A stretch of 63,243 nt of DNA, counting the filler, from Folioceros fuciformis (Eukaryota): NCBI GenBank assembly GCA_049999805.1. It is 4 parts of 4 records of this genome, joined end to end, with 100 filler letters (N's around TTAATTAATTAA, not from the genome) between each part and the next. Parts side by side here need not be neighbours in the genome. Positions count along the whole stretch, not along the records: positions 1 to 25,047 come from JBNGIO010006231.1; 3 more parts are not named here. One strand, written 5' to 3'. Under the pieces are notes generated by a model. The model did no database searches, had not been told where the DNA came from, and saw only the letters and a program-made list of their open reading frames with translations. Below are positions 1 through 14,032 of the stretch, in pieces; the stretch's first letter is position 1, and each line of letters starts with the position of its first letter. Made by a program: the position numbers and the translations under genes.

Positions 1-1048
1 GCATAAGGCTGGCAGTGGGGACATGGATGGGAAGCCGTAAGATGAAAATGATTTGGGCGGAATTGAGATCCTCGCCAGCCTCAGGTCCGGCCAGCTGGAG
101 CAACCCATTGGCCCACAAACGCGTGAAAAGGCTCCGGCTGCGGCCTCGGCCGTGGGATATTGGCCTCTCTGTGTACCCAGAAATGGATGCTATTTCGCTG
201 TCCTTCACTCCATTTGCTGGAAGACAAACAGCAGCGGCAGCAACTGGAATCTAGATCTGCACCATTCATTAGATGCAGCCTGCCTCTTTCCTTCTCCTCC
301 TCAGCAGGAGGAAACTCGTGTAAAGCTGAACCCCATCGTTTCCTCGTGTAACGCACCAGGAGGTATATAGTCTACAAGTGTATGTATGCACAAGGACGGA
401 GGGAAGGGCGGAAAAAATGACCTCATCAGACTCCCGCACGGGCGTCATAGGTGTTAACAAGGAACAATATTCTAATAAGGCAACAGCCACAAAGGGGAGG
501 GGAGGACCTGGCCTGCTCTGACACAAGAAAAATGGAGTCGGTGATTTGCAGCATGTGCGCCTCCTCATAACCTTTACGTCGTCAGCCAGCATCTAATGTA
601 AGCAGCACAGGGAGAATACGAACTCTGCAGAAGTACAGTACAGTACATGATGTGTTGATAGGCGCAGCCCACCCACCAACGGGGGCTGCTAGTGCGAACC
701 TGCGCTTGCGGCATCAAAGCTTCCAGTATTTCCAGAGTTGACGGGTCGCCCTCCACCTGGACATAAGAACGGACACTGGCGGCACTGCTGCCCGTTCAAC
801 AGCTGGCTGTCAGCCTGACCAGGTTGCGCCACATGACGTGCAGTGCTCCTCACGGTCCCCACAATACGCAGCTAGCTGCCTCCCAACTCCAGCTCTCATC
901 GTGACAATCGGCAACGTCGCATTAGCCCGCCTAGGAAGCTGCGGAACCTGGGGAGCACCAGTTGCGTGGGAGACGCAGCTTGGAACTTCACGCTGTCATG
1001 GTCGTCACTTCAGTACGGAACAGCACTGCCCTGCGGAGCTTTCTTCGC

Positions 1049-3495
<2,447 letters not shown>

Positions 3496-3797
3496 CTTGC
3501 CTCGCGGCCTGCTGTATTCCGGTTATCCTTAGTTTGCGATGAATAAAACAGGAATCCAACAAGATAGCAAATATAGATCTCTGAGACGGTCGCCGAGTCC
3601 CAAAACAGGAGTCGTCTCGTGTACTCATTTAGGCTCACATCCATATATATACCTTAGCTTTGTAAAGCCTTCACTTCACCGCGGTTTAGGGCTCTACAAA
3701 CTTCTTTTTCGGGGCCTTCCAAGTTCGGACTATGTACATACTTTATGTAGACTAGATTTGTCCTTGGAAAAGTTCAATTCGATTGTGGAGCGTGAAA

Positions 3798-4853
3798 ATG
3801 CTGCTGTGTGCGAGCCTGCTTCCGGCAGGCCGGATCGTGGTCGTGTCGGGCGAGACGCAGCAGCAGCATCAACAACTGGATCAGCCGCGCAAGGAGGAAG
3901 GCTTCGTGGTCAAGCCTCGCCCACAGAAGAGGCGCCGCGCGCAATGGTCGACGGGCACTGCGCCGGGAGAATACGGCGGCCCGCCGCTGGATTTCAAGCC
4001 CACCAAAATGTGGGGAGGGAACAAGGCGGATCCGCTGCAGTCCACAGATGACTACATCTGGAAGAAGGACTGGCAGCCGCACGTCAGGCTGCAGGATGAG
4101 CCGGTCGAGGCGGCGCAGGACGAGGGCGACTCCGGCTTCCTCAGCCTCAACCGGGCGCTGGCGCTGGATTCCATGGACGTGGATTTGAGCCAGGAGCTGA
4201 TGAAGCCGTCGAGGGCGACGCTGGAGCGGCAGGTGCAGGCGGCCAGGGAGACGGCGGCCCTGGCGGAGCGGCGAGCCTCAAAGCCGAAGCCGGCCTGGAA
4301 TTTTGCGCCTACCAGGCGGGAGGAGGAGCGATGGGCCAGGGCCCGGAAGCAGGGAGTAAGCGGGTCCGAGACTCTGATACGGGAGGCGGAGATGGAGCAG
4401 GTGGACCCTGTGCTGGTCAGGGAGCGGGAAAGGAAGGAGTACCTGGAGCTGAAGCGGGATTTGCAGACGCTCACGGTCGGGATTGGCGGGCTTTGCACTG
4501 GGTTCGTGGTTTTGTACTACTCTCCTGAGGTGGCCGCTAGCTATGGCATCGGATTGCTGGGCAGCCTGGCGTACATCAGGATGCTCGGGGACAGCGTGGA
4601 CTCGTTCGGCCGCAGCAGCCTGGAAAGTGCTGTGAAGGGCGTTGCGGGGCAGCCTCGGCTCCTGGTCCCCGTGGCCCTCGTCATGCTCTACAACCGCTGG
4701 AACGAGCTGCTCGTGCCCCAGTACGATGTTGTGCACTTGGAGTTGATCCCTATGCTCATCGGCTTCTTCACCTACAAGGCTGCTACCTTGGTTCAGACCT
4801 TCAAAGAGCTTCTTCCAGTGGCGGAATCCAATCTGGAGAAGCCAAGCTCTTGA
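3798..4853 (+). CDS. CGL160: CGL160, chloroplast ATP synthase CF0 assembly factor (AtpI/UncI-like C-terminus), single exon
   Basis: Transit-peptide-like N-terminus; motifs APGEYGGPP, DDYIWKKDW, SGFLSLNRALALDSMDVDLSQEL; four hydrophobic segments and GQPRLLVPVALVMLYNRWN. First in-frame ATG at 3798. Confidence 0.92.
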   Translation: MLLCASLLPAGRIVVVSGETQQQHQQLDQPRKEEGFVVKPRPQKRRRAQWSTGTAPGEYGGPPLDFKPTKMWGGNKADPLQSTDDYIWKKDWQPHVRLQDEPVEAAQDEGDSGFLSLNRALALDSMDVDLSQELMKPSRATLERQVQAARETAALAERRASKPKPAWNFAPTRREEERWARARKQGVSGSETLIREAEMEQVDPVLVRERERKEYLELKRDLQTLTVGIGGLCTGFVVLYYSPEVAASYGIGLLGSLAYIRMLGDSVDSFGRSSLESAVKGVAGQPRLLVPVALVMLYNRWNELLVPQYDVVHLELIPMLIGFFTYKAATLVQTFKELLPVAESNLEKPSS

Positions 4854-5972
4854 TCTCTTCGTTGGGCAGCTATTTTTTACTGCTGTCGTACATGTAATTG
4901 GGATAGCAAGTGCGTTCTCGGGGCATTTTATGTGAGAAGATTCTGGCAGACTCTTGGCTATTGCCTAAAACGGGCTCAAGGTGATGCTATCTTTGCAGCA
5001 ATTTCCTTTGGTTATGATTCTTTGGGAAGAGTGGATACTATTAGGAGTCTTCGTGTTGAGCGAATGAACGGACTCCTCTGGTGGAGGATGGGAGAGGAAA
5101 GTAGAGGACCTTATCGTGTACATATCTTCCACAATGGAACCTATGGTTGAAACCGAAAAGACCGGAACGAGGACACGTGGCCTGGGTCTTGCTGCAGACG
5201 CAGGGAGAAGCAACAAATTTGCCTCCTCTTTGCCGAATCCACTGTCTCGGGAAGGGAGCGGAGCTACGCAGTGGGCTCGGGCCCTGGTGGGACGCTGTGG
5301 GCGGGGGCCCGAGCCGCGGTGGAGAAGATATTTGTGTCTGGACGGCCACGGATATTATTTCTGCAGCTGCCACGGGATTGGTGTGTGCCACGGGAGATGC
5401 CTGAAGCTGGCCGGCCTTGGGAATTGTGGGCCTCCACGACACTGCGCGGTGTCCGCCCTGGATGCGCAGCAGCAGGGCACATGTCGGGAAGGATTTGANN
5501 NNNNNNNNNNNNNNNNNNNNNNNNNNNNNNNNNNNNNNNNNNNNNNNNNNNNNNNNNNNNNNNNNNNNNNNNNNNNNNNNNNNNNNNNNNNNNNNNNNTG
5601 GCCGCCTCCAACTGTATTCTGCTGAAGGTGTCAGCAGGCAGGCTTTCTGGGCGGGATGTTTCTCGAGGTGGTTCCTTGCTTGATCACGGAGTGGGGCTGC
5701 AACGGAATTGCGTGCTGGGTGCAGCCCCTGGTGAAGTTGGGACGGGAGGCAAGCGTTGGGTGGAGTGTTTTGCGGTCGAGAATGGGAATGGGAGGAATTT
5801 GGGTGGTTTGAGGTGGAATCGTACCGTTTCTGTCTCGCGCGGGAAGAATTATGATTGTGCGGATGGTCATTTTCTGAGCTCCTCTGGACGCTACAGACTG
5901 TCCGTAGGATTTGTTGTGGGCAATTGTTCGGTTAGGGATTGCAATGTGCCGGGTAGGGGCGGGCAGCTTGCC

Positions 5973-8956
5973 ATGGCATGCCGGAGCTACGCTGGCTCTT
6001 GTGTCGGGACATTTTCAGCTGACGAGGTCAAGCGGGCTATGCTGCTTGGAGAGCTTGCATTGGGGAGTAGTGGTTTGTGGGGCAGGAAACTACATATATC
6101 GTGGTCGACGCCCCCGATATCACGTGTGGAGAGAACCCGGCGTGTTGATAGTGTACAGGTGAGAGCAGGGTATCAAGATTCAGGAGAACGGGGTGGGCTA
6201 CGCATGTTTTCTCATAAGATCAATTTGGATGAATATATGGTTACCTTGGAGAAGCCAATCGGCATCCGGTTCGCCCAGACTTTGAGTGGCAAGGTCTATG
6301 TTGAAGCTCTTGCGATGAATGTGAGTTGAACAGCATTTGTTCTTGCGATTCCTTCCTGCTGTCAAGTGTACTACTCTGGTCAAATTCAGGCAGGTCAGGA
6401 GCATCTGATGTAGCCACCAAGTAAGGTTGCTGCTATTTGAGCTTGGATGTGTCTCCTCCTTGCAGGGGAATGCCGCAAAGTCGCAGATGATTATGGTAGG
6501 AGATGTCCTGAAGAAAACAAGCGCTGTATTTGGTGACGGCATGTGGGATGTATCTGACTTTGGGCGGACCATGTAAGGGCCATGTGCTTCATCTAACAAA
6601 CCCAATGAGGAGGATTTATGTTGTGCAACTGTATTTGCTTCTTGTCATTTCATTCATTTATCTGGCTCGTGCCTGAGTATGAGAGCCAATTCCATCAATC
6701 CTTTCCACTGACCGTCACACGACGCCCTGCAGGCACGCAATTAAGGCCCGAAGTGGGTCGGTGAGCCTTGTGTTGGAAAGGTCACCAGCACCCCTGCAGC
6801 TCCAGCCCGTCATGGATAGCACTAAGGAGGTGTCATTCAATGCTGGGCGTGTTGCAGTCTCTACTTGGCATCCTCAGTACATGGTTTCAGCGTATCAGCC
6901 TTGGATAGGAGAAGAGGAATGTCGAGGTGGCGGAAATGTGGGATTTTCTATTTTTTCCTCCAAGTTTCTCATGCCAATAGCATTGAAGGCCTTGGCGAAC
7001 GTCACAGGAGGCACTGGTTGGACAGCTTTCTCTAATGATGAGGACTCTGACAGAGACACTGAATCGAAGGCACTTTCAGGTGGTGAGGCTCCTTCTGAGA
7101 TTATTGCCTCCTTTAGTGATGAAGAGTCAGAGGGAGACCTTGAATGGAGTCATGGCAACTTTCCACTGGAGGAGTACAATAGGGCCCTGGCTCGAGCCCG
7201 GTATGATTTAACCTACAACCATAGGCAAGGCATAAATTATAGCAAGGTGGGCACTGCTGCGAAATAGAAACTGGTCATGTTCTTCCCTCCTGTAATGAGT
7301 GCTGTTTAAGACTGTTCGTTAATACTGATGGATCTGCTATCATGTGGTCATGGTATTGCTTCAGGTGACTGAGCAGATTTTCGTGGGATCTTGTATCCAG
7401 TCTGAAGCTGATGTTCAAAATCTTGCCCAGACAGCGGTATGCATGCATAGTCCGGCTGGCTTTTCTTTTTCATCCTGGGTGTCGGAACAGAAAAGATTTC
7501 CAAGGCTACCAGCGCTGGCTGTGAACTCATTGGTTGCTGGTTTGGCACATAGGGGATAACAGCTATCCTCAACCTTCAGAGGAACAGCTCTTTTGTGAAC
7601 TGGTCCATCAATGCTGATGCAATTGAAAGAACTGCTCGGGAGGCTGGTCTGGTATATGTACAGTTCCCTATTCGGTGAGTGCTGCACTTTTGGCTGACCT
7701 CATTTAGATGGAGAGTTGGAGCATGCTAAGTGGCAATATGGGTATTCGCTGGCAGGGATGTTGACTCAGTAGATTTGCGGCGAAAGTTGCCTTTGGCGGT
7801 TGGAATTTTGTATAGACTATTGAGGAGGAGCCACAAAGTTTATGTCACTTGCACGACAGGTCTGGAGCACTCTCCTGCTTGTGCCATTGGGTATCTTCAC
7901 TGGATCCAAGATGTTGCACTAGAAGATGCTGTCGAGTTTGTGAACAATGTGCGCCCGTGTGGAGTGGACTTGTGAGTGACACCACGTCATTTCCAGAATT
8001 TCTGTTTGTAACTTACCTGTCGTTCATTATTCTGAAGCGAGTATTCAGGCAAGAGAACGTCTTGCCAGATATGGATTCATCGCTGATGTAAAAAGTCTCT
8101 GTGCAGGCCAGCTCTGGTTTGGGCCACGTGGGATATCATAGCAATGGTTGAAAAAGAGAATCATCAGGGGCCTCCGACACATTCGGTGCAGTTTGTTTGG
8201 AATCATGGGTGCAGAGATGTAAGTCCTTCGTTTGAAAACCTTTGAAGACATCATGCATGGTCTTCCATGGAAGGTCTTGCGGAGGAGCAGCAGGCTAACG
8301 TAAATCTGAAACCTTACTGTGTCACTATTGGTCAGGGCGAGGAGGTTTTGCTTGTTGGTGAGTTCCAAGGAGGTTGGAACGAACCTATCAGGGCAGTTCC
8401 TGCTAGTGGACCAAAGTACACGGTTGATCTTCGTCTCCCACAGGGCAAGTAAGTTTCAGAAGTGAAGTAGTTGTTTTGGTATCGTTGCTTGAGAACTGAG
8501 TGTGTTGTTCTGGTAATGCTGGCTCAAAATGATTTAAATTTCTGGATATGTCTGATTGTCAAAGTTTTTTCCTCACTTGCAGGTACCTGTATAAGTTCAT
8601 TGTTGGGGGCCAATGGAGGCACTCCAACAACCTCCCAACAGAGTCCGACAGATGGGGCAATGTGAATAACGTAATAAAGATTGGTGGTGAGGCCACAACC
8701 AAATTTGAAACACCAACTCGGGGTGGTGTGAAGGTAAAACCTTCCGACTCCGATTGTGCTCTGTAGTGTGCAAGTGTTGCGAGGCTGTGTTATTAACAGC
8801 CCAGTGTTGTGGGTGCAGGAACTCACAAGTATCAAAGTGATCCAGAGACCTTTGACAGAAGACGAAAGATTCATGCTTGCTTTTGGAGCCCGACGTATGG
8901 CATTTGCGGTGGATCCAGTTACATTTGCTCCTAAGTCAAACGTTAATTGTAACTAG
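5973..8956 (+). CDS. LSF1: LIKE SEX FOUR 1 (PDZ-like + dual-specificity phosphatase-like + CBM48 domains), chloroplast starch degradation, multi-exon
   Basis: KINLDEYMVTLEKPIGIRFAQ, GDVLKKTSAVFGDGMW (PDZ-like); INYSK|VTEQIFVGSCIQSE, VYVTCTTGLEHS (DSP); YLYKFIVGGQWRHS (CBM48); RPLTEDERFMLAFGARRMAF at the C-terminus. Start codon uncertain: ATG 5973 chosen, but the frame is open further upstream and a gap lies at 5499-5598. Confidence 0.93.
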
Positions 8957-9508
8957 ATCGACTGCCTGTTTAGGTGGTCTGATCAGAGAATTTTCCAGAT
9001 GTAGCTATTTATATATATATTAGCTCGTCTCCTCCTATCATGAGGGTCAGGTTGGACCACAGCTATGGAGCAGAAGCTAAACTTTTTGTGATGGTTTTGG
9101 TAGGGCAGATGCTACCTTTTTCCACCCTTATGATGGGCTGGCTGGAGTGTTTGAAGGCTCTGAAATTTTGTACAGCGCGATTTGGGACACCCAGATTGAT
9201 GAACCTAATGATCCTTCTCCGGCCCTGGCTCCCGCTCCCGAAGAGGGTGCCCTGGAGGATTTGCCTGAGGAGTTACTGTAACAACTAGGCGGAAAGACAT
9301 TGTTGTGTCCCTCACTGTGGTGTGGCAACTGTGGCCGTTTGGATATTTCTAGCAGTTGAGACAGTTGCTCAGTTACGGAGTACTGTAACAACGTGAGCAC
9401 TTGCTTATCAAGAGATATTCACAAGAGCGTCATCGGGTTGCTTTGTAAAGACGCTGTGCAAGTTGGAGCTGAATTTGGTCCCAGCAAAGAATGCTCAGCT
9501 TGATCGTC

Positions 9509-10322
9509 TTACGTATTATTACCCATGCTCCTCACGAAGTCAAATTGGTATAGGAACAGCACCAGGAACACCGCACAAACGGGCACAGGTATGGGACTGA
9601 CGAGCCACAGAAGCAAGGGAACCGCCATAATAAAGGTTCTGGTCCCAACCGTGTAAAAGTTGGAGGCTCGCGCAAGCAGGCTTGCAACGTACTCAGGCGT
9701 GACCACACCGCCGCACCTGGCCTCATGATCAGGCATCGGGACGTTGATAAGAAAGTTGACATGGTTACTGAACCTTATGGCCTGTGTATAGCACAGGAAG
9801 GAGAAGATAAAGCAGCAGCAAAGAATGATGACCTTGGCTGTTTCCGTAACATCATCCTCAGGTCCGAAGATGGTGCTGGAGAGCGGCCGTTTCAGTTGGT
9901 ACGAACTGCTTACAATTGCAGCCATTCCAGTGCTCAGCATCAGCGCTGCCGTTGCCATGAGAGTGGATACCATGATACTGTTCCTCAACGTCTGTACCGC
10001 GAGGACGGTTCTACCAGGATTGTCCTGCCAAACGGGAGCCAAAAGTAAGTGCCGCTGCTTTCTGCATCCTCACCGAGATCCGCCCCTGGCTCGACGAGCA
10101 GGCGGAGAAGGAGATGTCGCGTTCATTCACTGCATTGCGAGTAGAAGGGCGAACTCTTACATGCATAATGCTTAACACCCAGGCTCTTCTGGCAATGTGA
10201 TTCAGGCCGATACTTGTGGTGCCGGGCTCCGTCTTCACCTTGTGGTAGAGATAGCCATGATACACAAAAAGGAAGAGCATGGAAATTGGTACAAAAGACA
10301 AGTCCAAATAGTAGGGCTCCAT
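9509..10322 (-). CDS. DUF599 family membrane protein, two exons (10322-10161, 10024-9509)
   Basis: MEPYYLDLSFVPISMLFLFVYHGYL...IGLNHIARRAWV|...LAVQTLRNSIMVSTLMAT...QAIRFSNHVNFLIN...GTRTFIMAVPLLLW...LYQFDF; GT-AG intron. Confidence 0.88.
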
Positions 10323-10581
10323 AGCAGACTCTTCCCAATTGCGCCCCGCATGAAATCAAGCAGCTGTTTTGAGCCTGGAGCAACGACGGGCCACGGCAAG
10401 CCGAGACAAGACAGCACAAATTATCATTACCGATGTGGCCAGCACTCGGGTAATCTCAATGGGAAGACGACACCTGCCGCTGCCGCAGCCGCAGTTTGCA
10501 GCTCGTATGTATGTACGAATAATTCCCCGCATCATGGACAAAAAACTGAAAGAATCGCTTTTCTGTACACACCTACATGGT

Positions 10582-11091
10582 TCAAGGAAACGCGAGTGGC
10601 GACAGGTCGGGCAGCGAGCGCACCGGCGTCCGGCAGAGCGGGCAGGAGGAGTGCGCCTTCAGCCAGGCATCAATGCAGGAGCGGTGGAAGATGTGCCTGC
10701 ATGGCGGAAGCAATCGGAGGAAACCGTCTTCACGGTAGCTGCTCAGGCAAACGGAGCAGTGATCGGTGCCCATGAACGACATCTTGCTGCTCCGAAGCAG
10801 TGGCAGAGCCTGGATGTCGGCGAGATCTAGTCCCCGGCTGGAAGCCACGCCCTGACGCTGCACGATTGGCGTCGGCAGAGGGATGGAATTGTCTACTGCT
10901 GCCGCTGCTGCTGCTTCAAGATGAGAGCCCTGTGTTATCGGTTGATGTTGCGGCAGGCTTGTGCTCCTGCGCCTCATGCACGACGGCAGTATCTTGTATA
11001 AAAGTATCATGGTCGCCATGACGGCGACCGTGATGACTCCGATCCCTAGGACATTCTTTGCCAGTTCGCCGATGGTTCCCACCGCACCCAT
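10582..11091 (-). CDS. ATL-family RING-H2 E3 ubiquitin ligase, single exon
   Basis: N-terminal TM segment followed by basic residues; GLD motif ([12 protein letters not shown]); RING-H2 CSVCL...[29 protein letters not shown]. First ATG at 11091. Confidence 0.9.
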   Translation of the reverse strand: MGAVGTIGELAKNVLGIGVITVAVMATMILLYKILPSCMRRRSTSLPQHQPITQGSHLEAAAAAAVDNSIPLPTPIVQRQGVASSRGLDLADIQALPLLRSSKMSFMGTDHCSVCLSSYREDGFLRLLPPCRHIFHRSCIDAWLKAHSSCPLCRTPVRSLPDLSPLAFP

Positions 11092-11479
11092 GGCTGCATA
11101 TGCTCCAGGTCCAGGACCAGTACCAGGACCGGAGTTCAACACTTTTCATCCGCCTGCGAGTTCAGAGCATAGGCGCGGGGATAGAATAGGCGGAGTGACA
11201 AGGGACCTTGGAGCGACAAGAGAGGCGGAAGCCTGGAGGTAGGACATGCTGTGGAGCCAAGAGGAAGCGAATCCGGCCAGGCCGGCCACACGAAAACGAA
11301 TATAATGTACACAGAGAAGTAGCACCTTCCAAGTAGCCGGGCAAGGCTGTCAAACCATCCGGATTGCTGCATTTCAAGGTACAGCGACTTGCTGCGTGTG
11401 GCAAAGTAGCCCTACAAGCTACAGTATTCAAGTTGGATTAACGCGTTGTTGTGAAGTTCCGACGATGTATGCTTTCAAT

Positions 11480-11578
11480 TTCCCTGCAGCTGCGACCATC
11501 TTTTTTCTTCCCTGCAGCTGCGACCATGTTTTGTCTTCCCTGGAGGTGCGACCATTTTTTGTCTTCCCTGCAGGTGCG
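11480..11578. repeat. 28-bp tandem repeat, about 3.5 copies
   Basis: TTCCCTGCAGCTGCGACCAT-like units start at 11480, 11508, 11536 and 11564. Confidence 0.85.
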
Positions 11579-11692
11579 GATGCCATTTGTAAGTTGTCGC
11601 CAGCTGAGGCCGGCCCGGCACTGGTGTTTTCTGATAACTGCTTGCAAGATAGAAAAATCTGCGAGATGACTAGGAATATCTTTAATTTTGCA

Positions 11693-11797
11693 AATGTAAT
11701 GAATTTATCCAAGCGGAGGAAAGTTTAATCACACAAACAAAGATATTGCTAATGTGATGAATTTATCCAGGGGAAGGGAAGATTTATCACACAAACA
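11693..11797. repeat. ~58-bp imperfect tandem duplication
   Basis: AATGT(A/G)ATGAATTTATCCA...ATCACACAAACA occurs twice in tandem. Confidence 0.7.
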
Positions 11798-12287
11798 GCG
11801 CATTCCTAGAAGCAAAAACGAGAAGCAACATCTGACGGAGAGGACGAAGAGGGAGATTGGAGTAAGATGTGCTAGATGGAGTACGTTCTGATAGACTTGA
11901 TCTCACAGGGTAGGAAGCTCATAAGATATAACCTTCGGTAGTGACGAGGAGTCACGATCCTCACGAAGTAGGCAAGGCGATGGTCATCACGAAGGCCTGC
12001 CTTGATCTCTCCTACAGCGAGCGAGCAACGTGTATGGCATACATTCATTAAGCCGTTGCTGTAGCGAAGTCTTGTCGAGATGGTGGTAGTGGGCCAGCAA
12101 AAAAGTTGGCAGACATGGCTCGAAATGAAAGCAGAACCTTGATATCCGGTCGCTGTTATTTGGCCCTGCTTTTATAACTGTGGGCAGTACACAAGGCATT
12201 TCAATGAAATGTGAAATTACCGTGCATTTGGAAGAGGGCTCGTACAATAGGGAGCTGCAGACAACCCAAGGAGGATGAGGGGGCTTC

Positions 12288-13426
12288 ATGGCGTCCAGTG
12301 TGTTGCCAGTGACAGGCGCAGCAGCCCTTTGCTGGGCACCGGCCAGAGTGAGAACGGTGACAGGGGTTCGGTGCTCTGTGGATCATGCACCCTCGACAGC
12401 GTTCCAAGTTCTTCCCAGCCGGGTGGCTATGGCGATTGTGGCGGGAGCAGCAGTGCTGCTCACGTCCTCAGCTCAGGTACGTACAATTCTTGCGAATTGC
12501 GTGGACGGGTTGGGGCAGCTCTCCTCTCCATTTACTGGGTTCCGTCTGGAGGGTGCAGGCGGATGCAAGTGCCATGTCCGGCATGAGCATGAGCAACTTT
12601 GTTCCCGCCAGGTACGCGGGCAGGTGGTTTGAGGTGGCCTCGCTGAAGCTGGGCTTCGCAGGTCAGGGCCAAGGGGACTGCCACTGCACCCAGGTACAAT
12701 GTGTGGAAAGCCCTAATCTTGGCGTGGTTGGATTGTGCGAGGTTGAGGTTGAGACTGGGGCCGCTGGTGTGGCAGGGAGTGTACTCGTTGGATGAGCAGA
12801 GCAAGGGCATAGAAGTGGACACCTTCTGCGTGCACGGCAGTCCGACAGGCTATATGACCGGGATCCGGGGCAAGGTGCAATGCGTGTCTGACGAGGAGCT
12901 GGCCAGTTTGGAAACGCCCCTGGAGAAGATGGAAATGATCCGGGAAAAATGTTTTCTGCGATTCCCCTCGCTACCTTTCATCCCCAAGGAGCCGTATGAT
13001 GTGCTGGCCACCGACTACGAAAACTACGCGCTGGTGTCGGGAGCCAGGGACACCAGCTTCGTCCAGGTCAGTTGAGTTGATGTCTTCTTTCCCGCCGACT
13101 GCTGGCTATGGTAGCTGCCAGCTTACATGCAAGGCGCGGCGTTGTAGATCTACTCGAGGGTCCCTGACCCGGGCCAGGAATTTATTGATAAGTACAAGGC
13201 TTACTTGGGAACCCTGGGCTACAATGCTGCCGCCATCCGTGACACTCCTCAGGACTGTGAGGTCATGTCCATGGAACAGTTGCAAGCGATGATGTCCCAG
13301 CCTGGTATGCAGCAAGCCATGACCAATGTGTTTCCAAGCGTGGAGCTGGAACAGGATGTGGAAATCCAACCGGTTGTGACTAGTGTGTGGGACACCATCA
13401 AGAACCTCATCAACCTGTACCTCTGA
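12288..13426 (+). CDS. CHL: Chloroplast (thylakoid-lumen) lipocalin, 4 exons (12288-12476, 12559-12693, 12776-13066, 13148-13426)
   Basis: RYAGRWFEVASLKLGFAGQGQGDCHCTQ|GVY...VDTFCVHGSPTGYMTGIRGKVQC...CFLRFPSLPFIPKEPYDVLATDYENYALVSGA...|IYSR...DTPQDC; bipartite transit peptide. Confidence 0.95.
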
Positions 13427-14032
13427 GTGAGCTCATTTCCATTTGGGACCAGGATACGCGCAGGGTACGTTCGAATAGCTTGAAACTAGGGGGGGAGAAT
13501 TTTCGGACATATGCTACTGAACTACAAATGCAGCTCGGAAGCGATGAGGAGTCTTGGCGCTGATACATGTTCCAGCTCTCCAAAGCGGCTATCAGGAGGT
13601 CCGTTTCCGTGTAGCACGGGGATGTCCATCTTGGTTTCCTTGTTTCCCCTCTTGTGGAGTGGTGGATCTTGAATTCGTTTTCGTTCGGGCTATGGCTTAC
13701 TGGGTACAGTACAGTCTTCTTTTTGTACTCCTGTCCGGTATTGGTTTACTTGGTTTGGCATCTTCGACTGGAACGCATGTTCAGACTACATTATCCCGCT
13801 GTGCCCCTCAGTTTTCGTGGAGGTCTCACGCTCCACCCGAGTGTTTCCTCAGTTTCCTCTCCTCCTTGTTTGGCCCCCTTAAAGAGCAATTCCGGCATCT
13901 CGCTTGTAACCTTGATCTGACTGTCACGGTATCATCACGGCATCTTGGATACATTAGAGGTGCTCGTATCGACGACAATGTGAAGAACCTCTACAAATAT
14001 TCAAGAAACGTCACTGAAAGTAATGTGAATAT

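Noticed and set aside
3798-13426. Three chloroplast-targeted genes (CGL160, LSF1, CHL) within 10 kb as a functional cluster
   Set aside because: They act in unrelated pathways and are interspersed with non-plastid genes; this is expected by chance in a gene-dense region.
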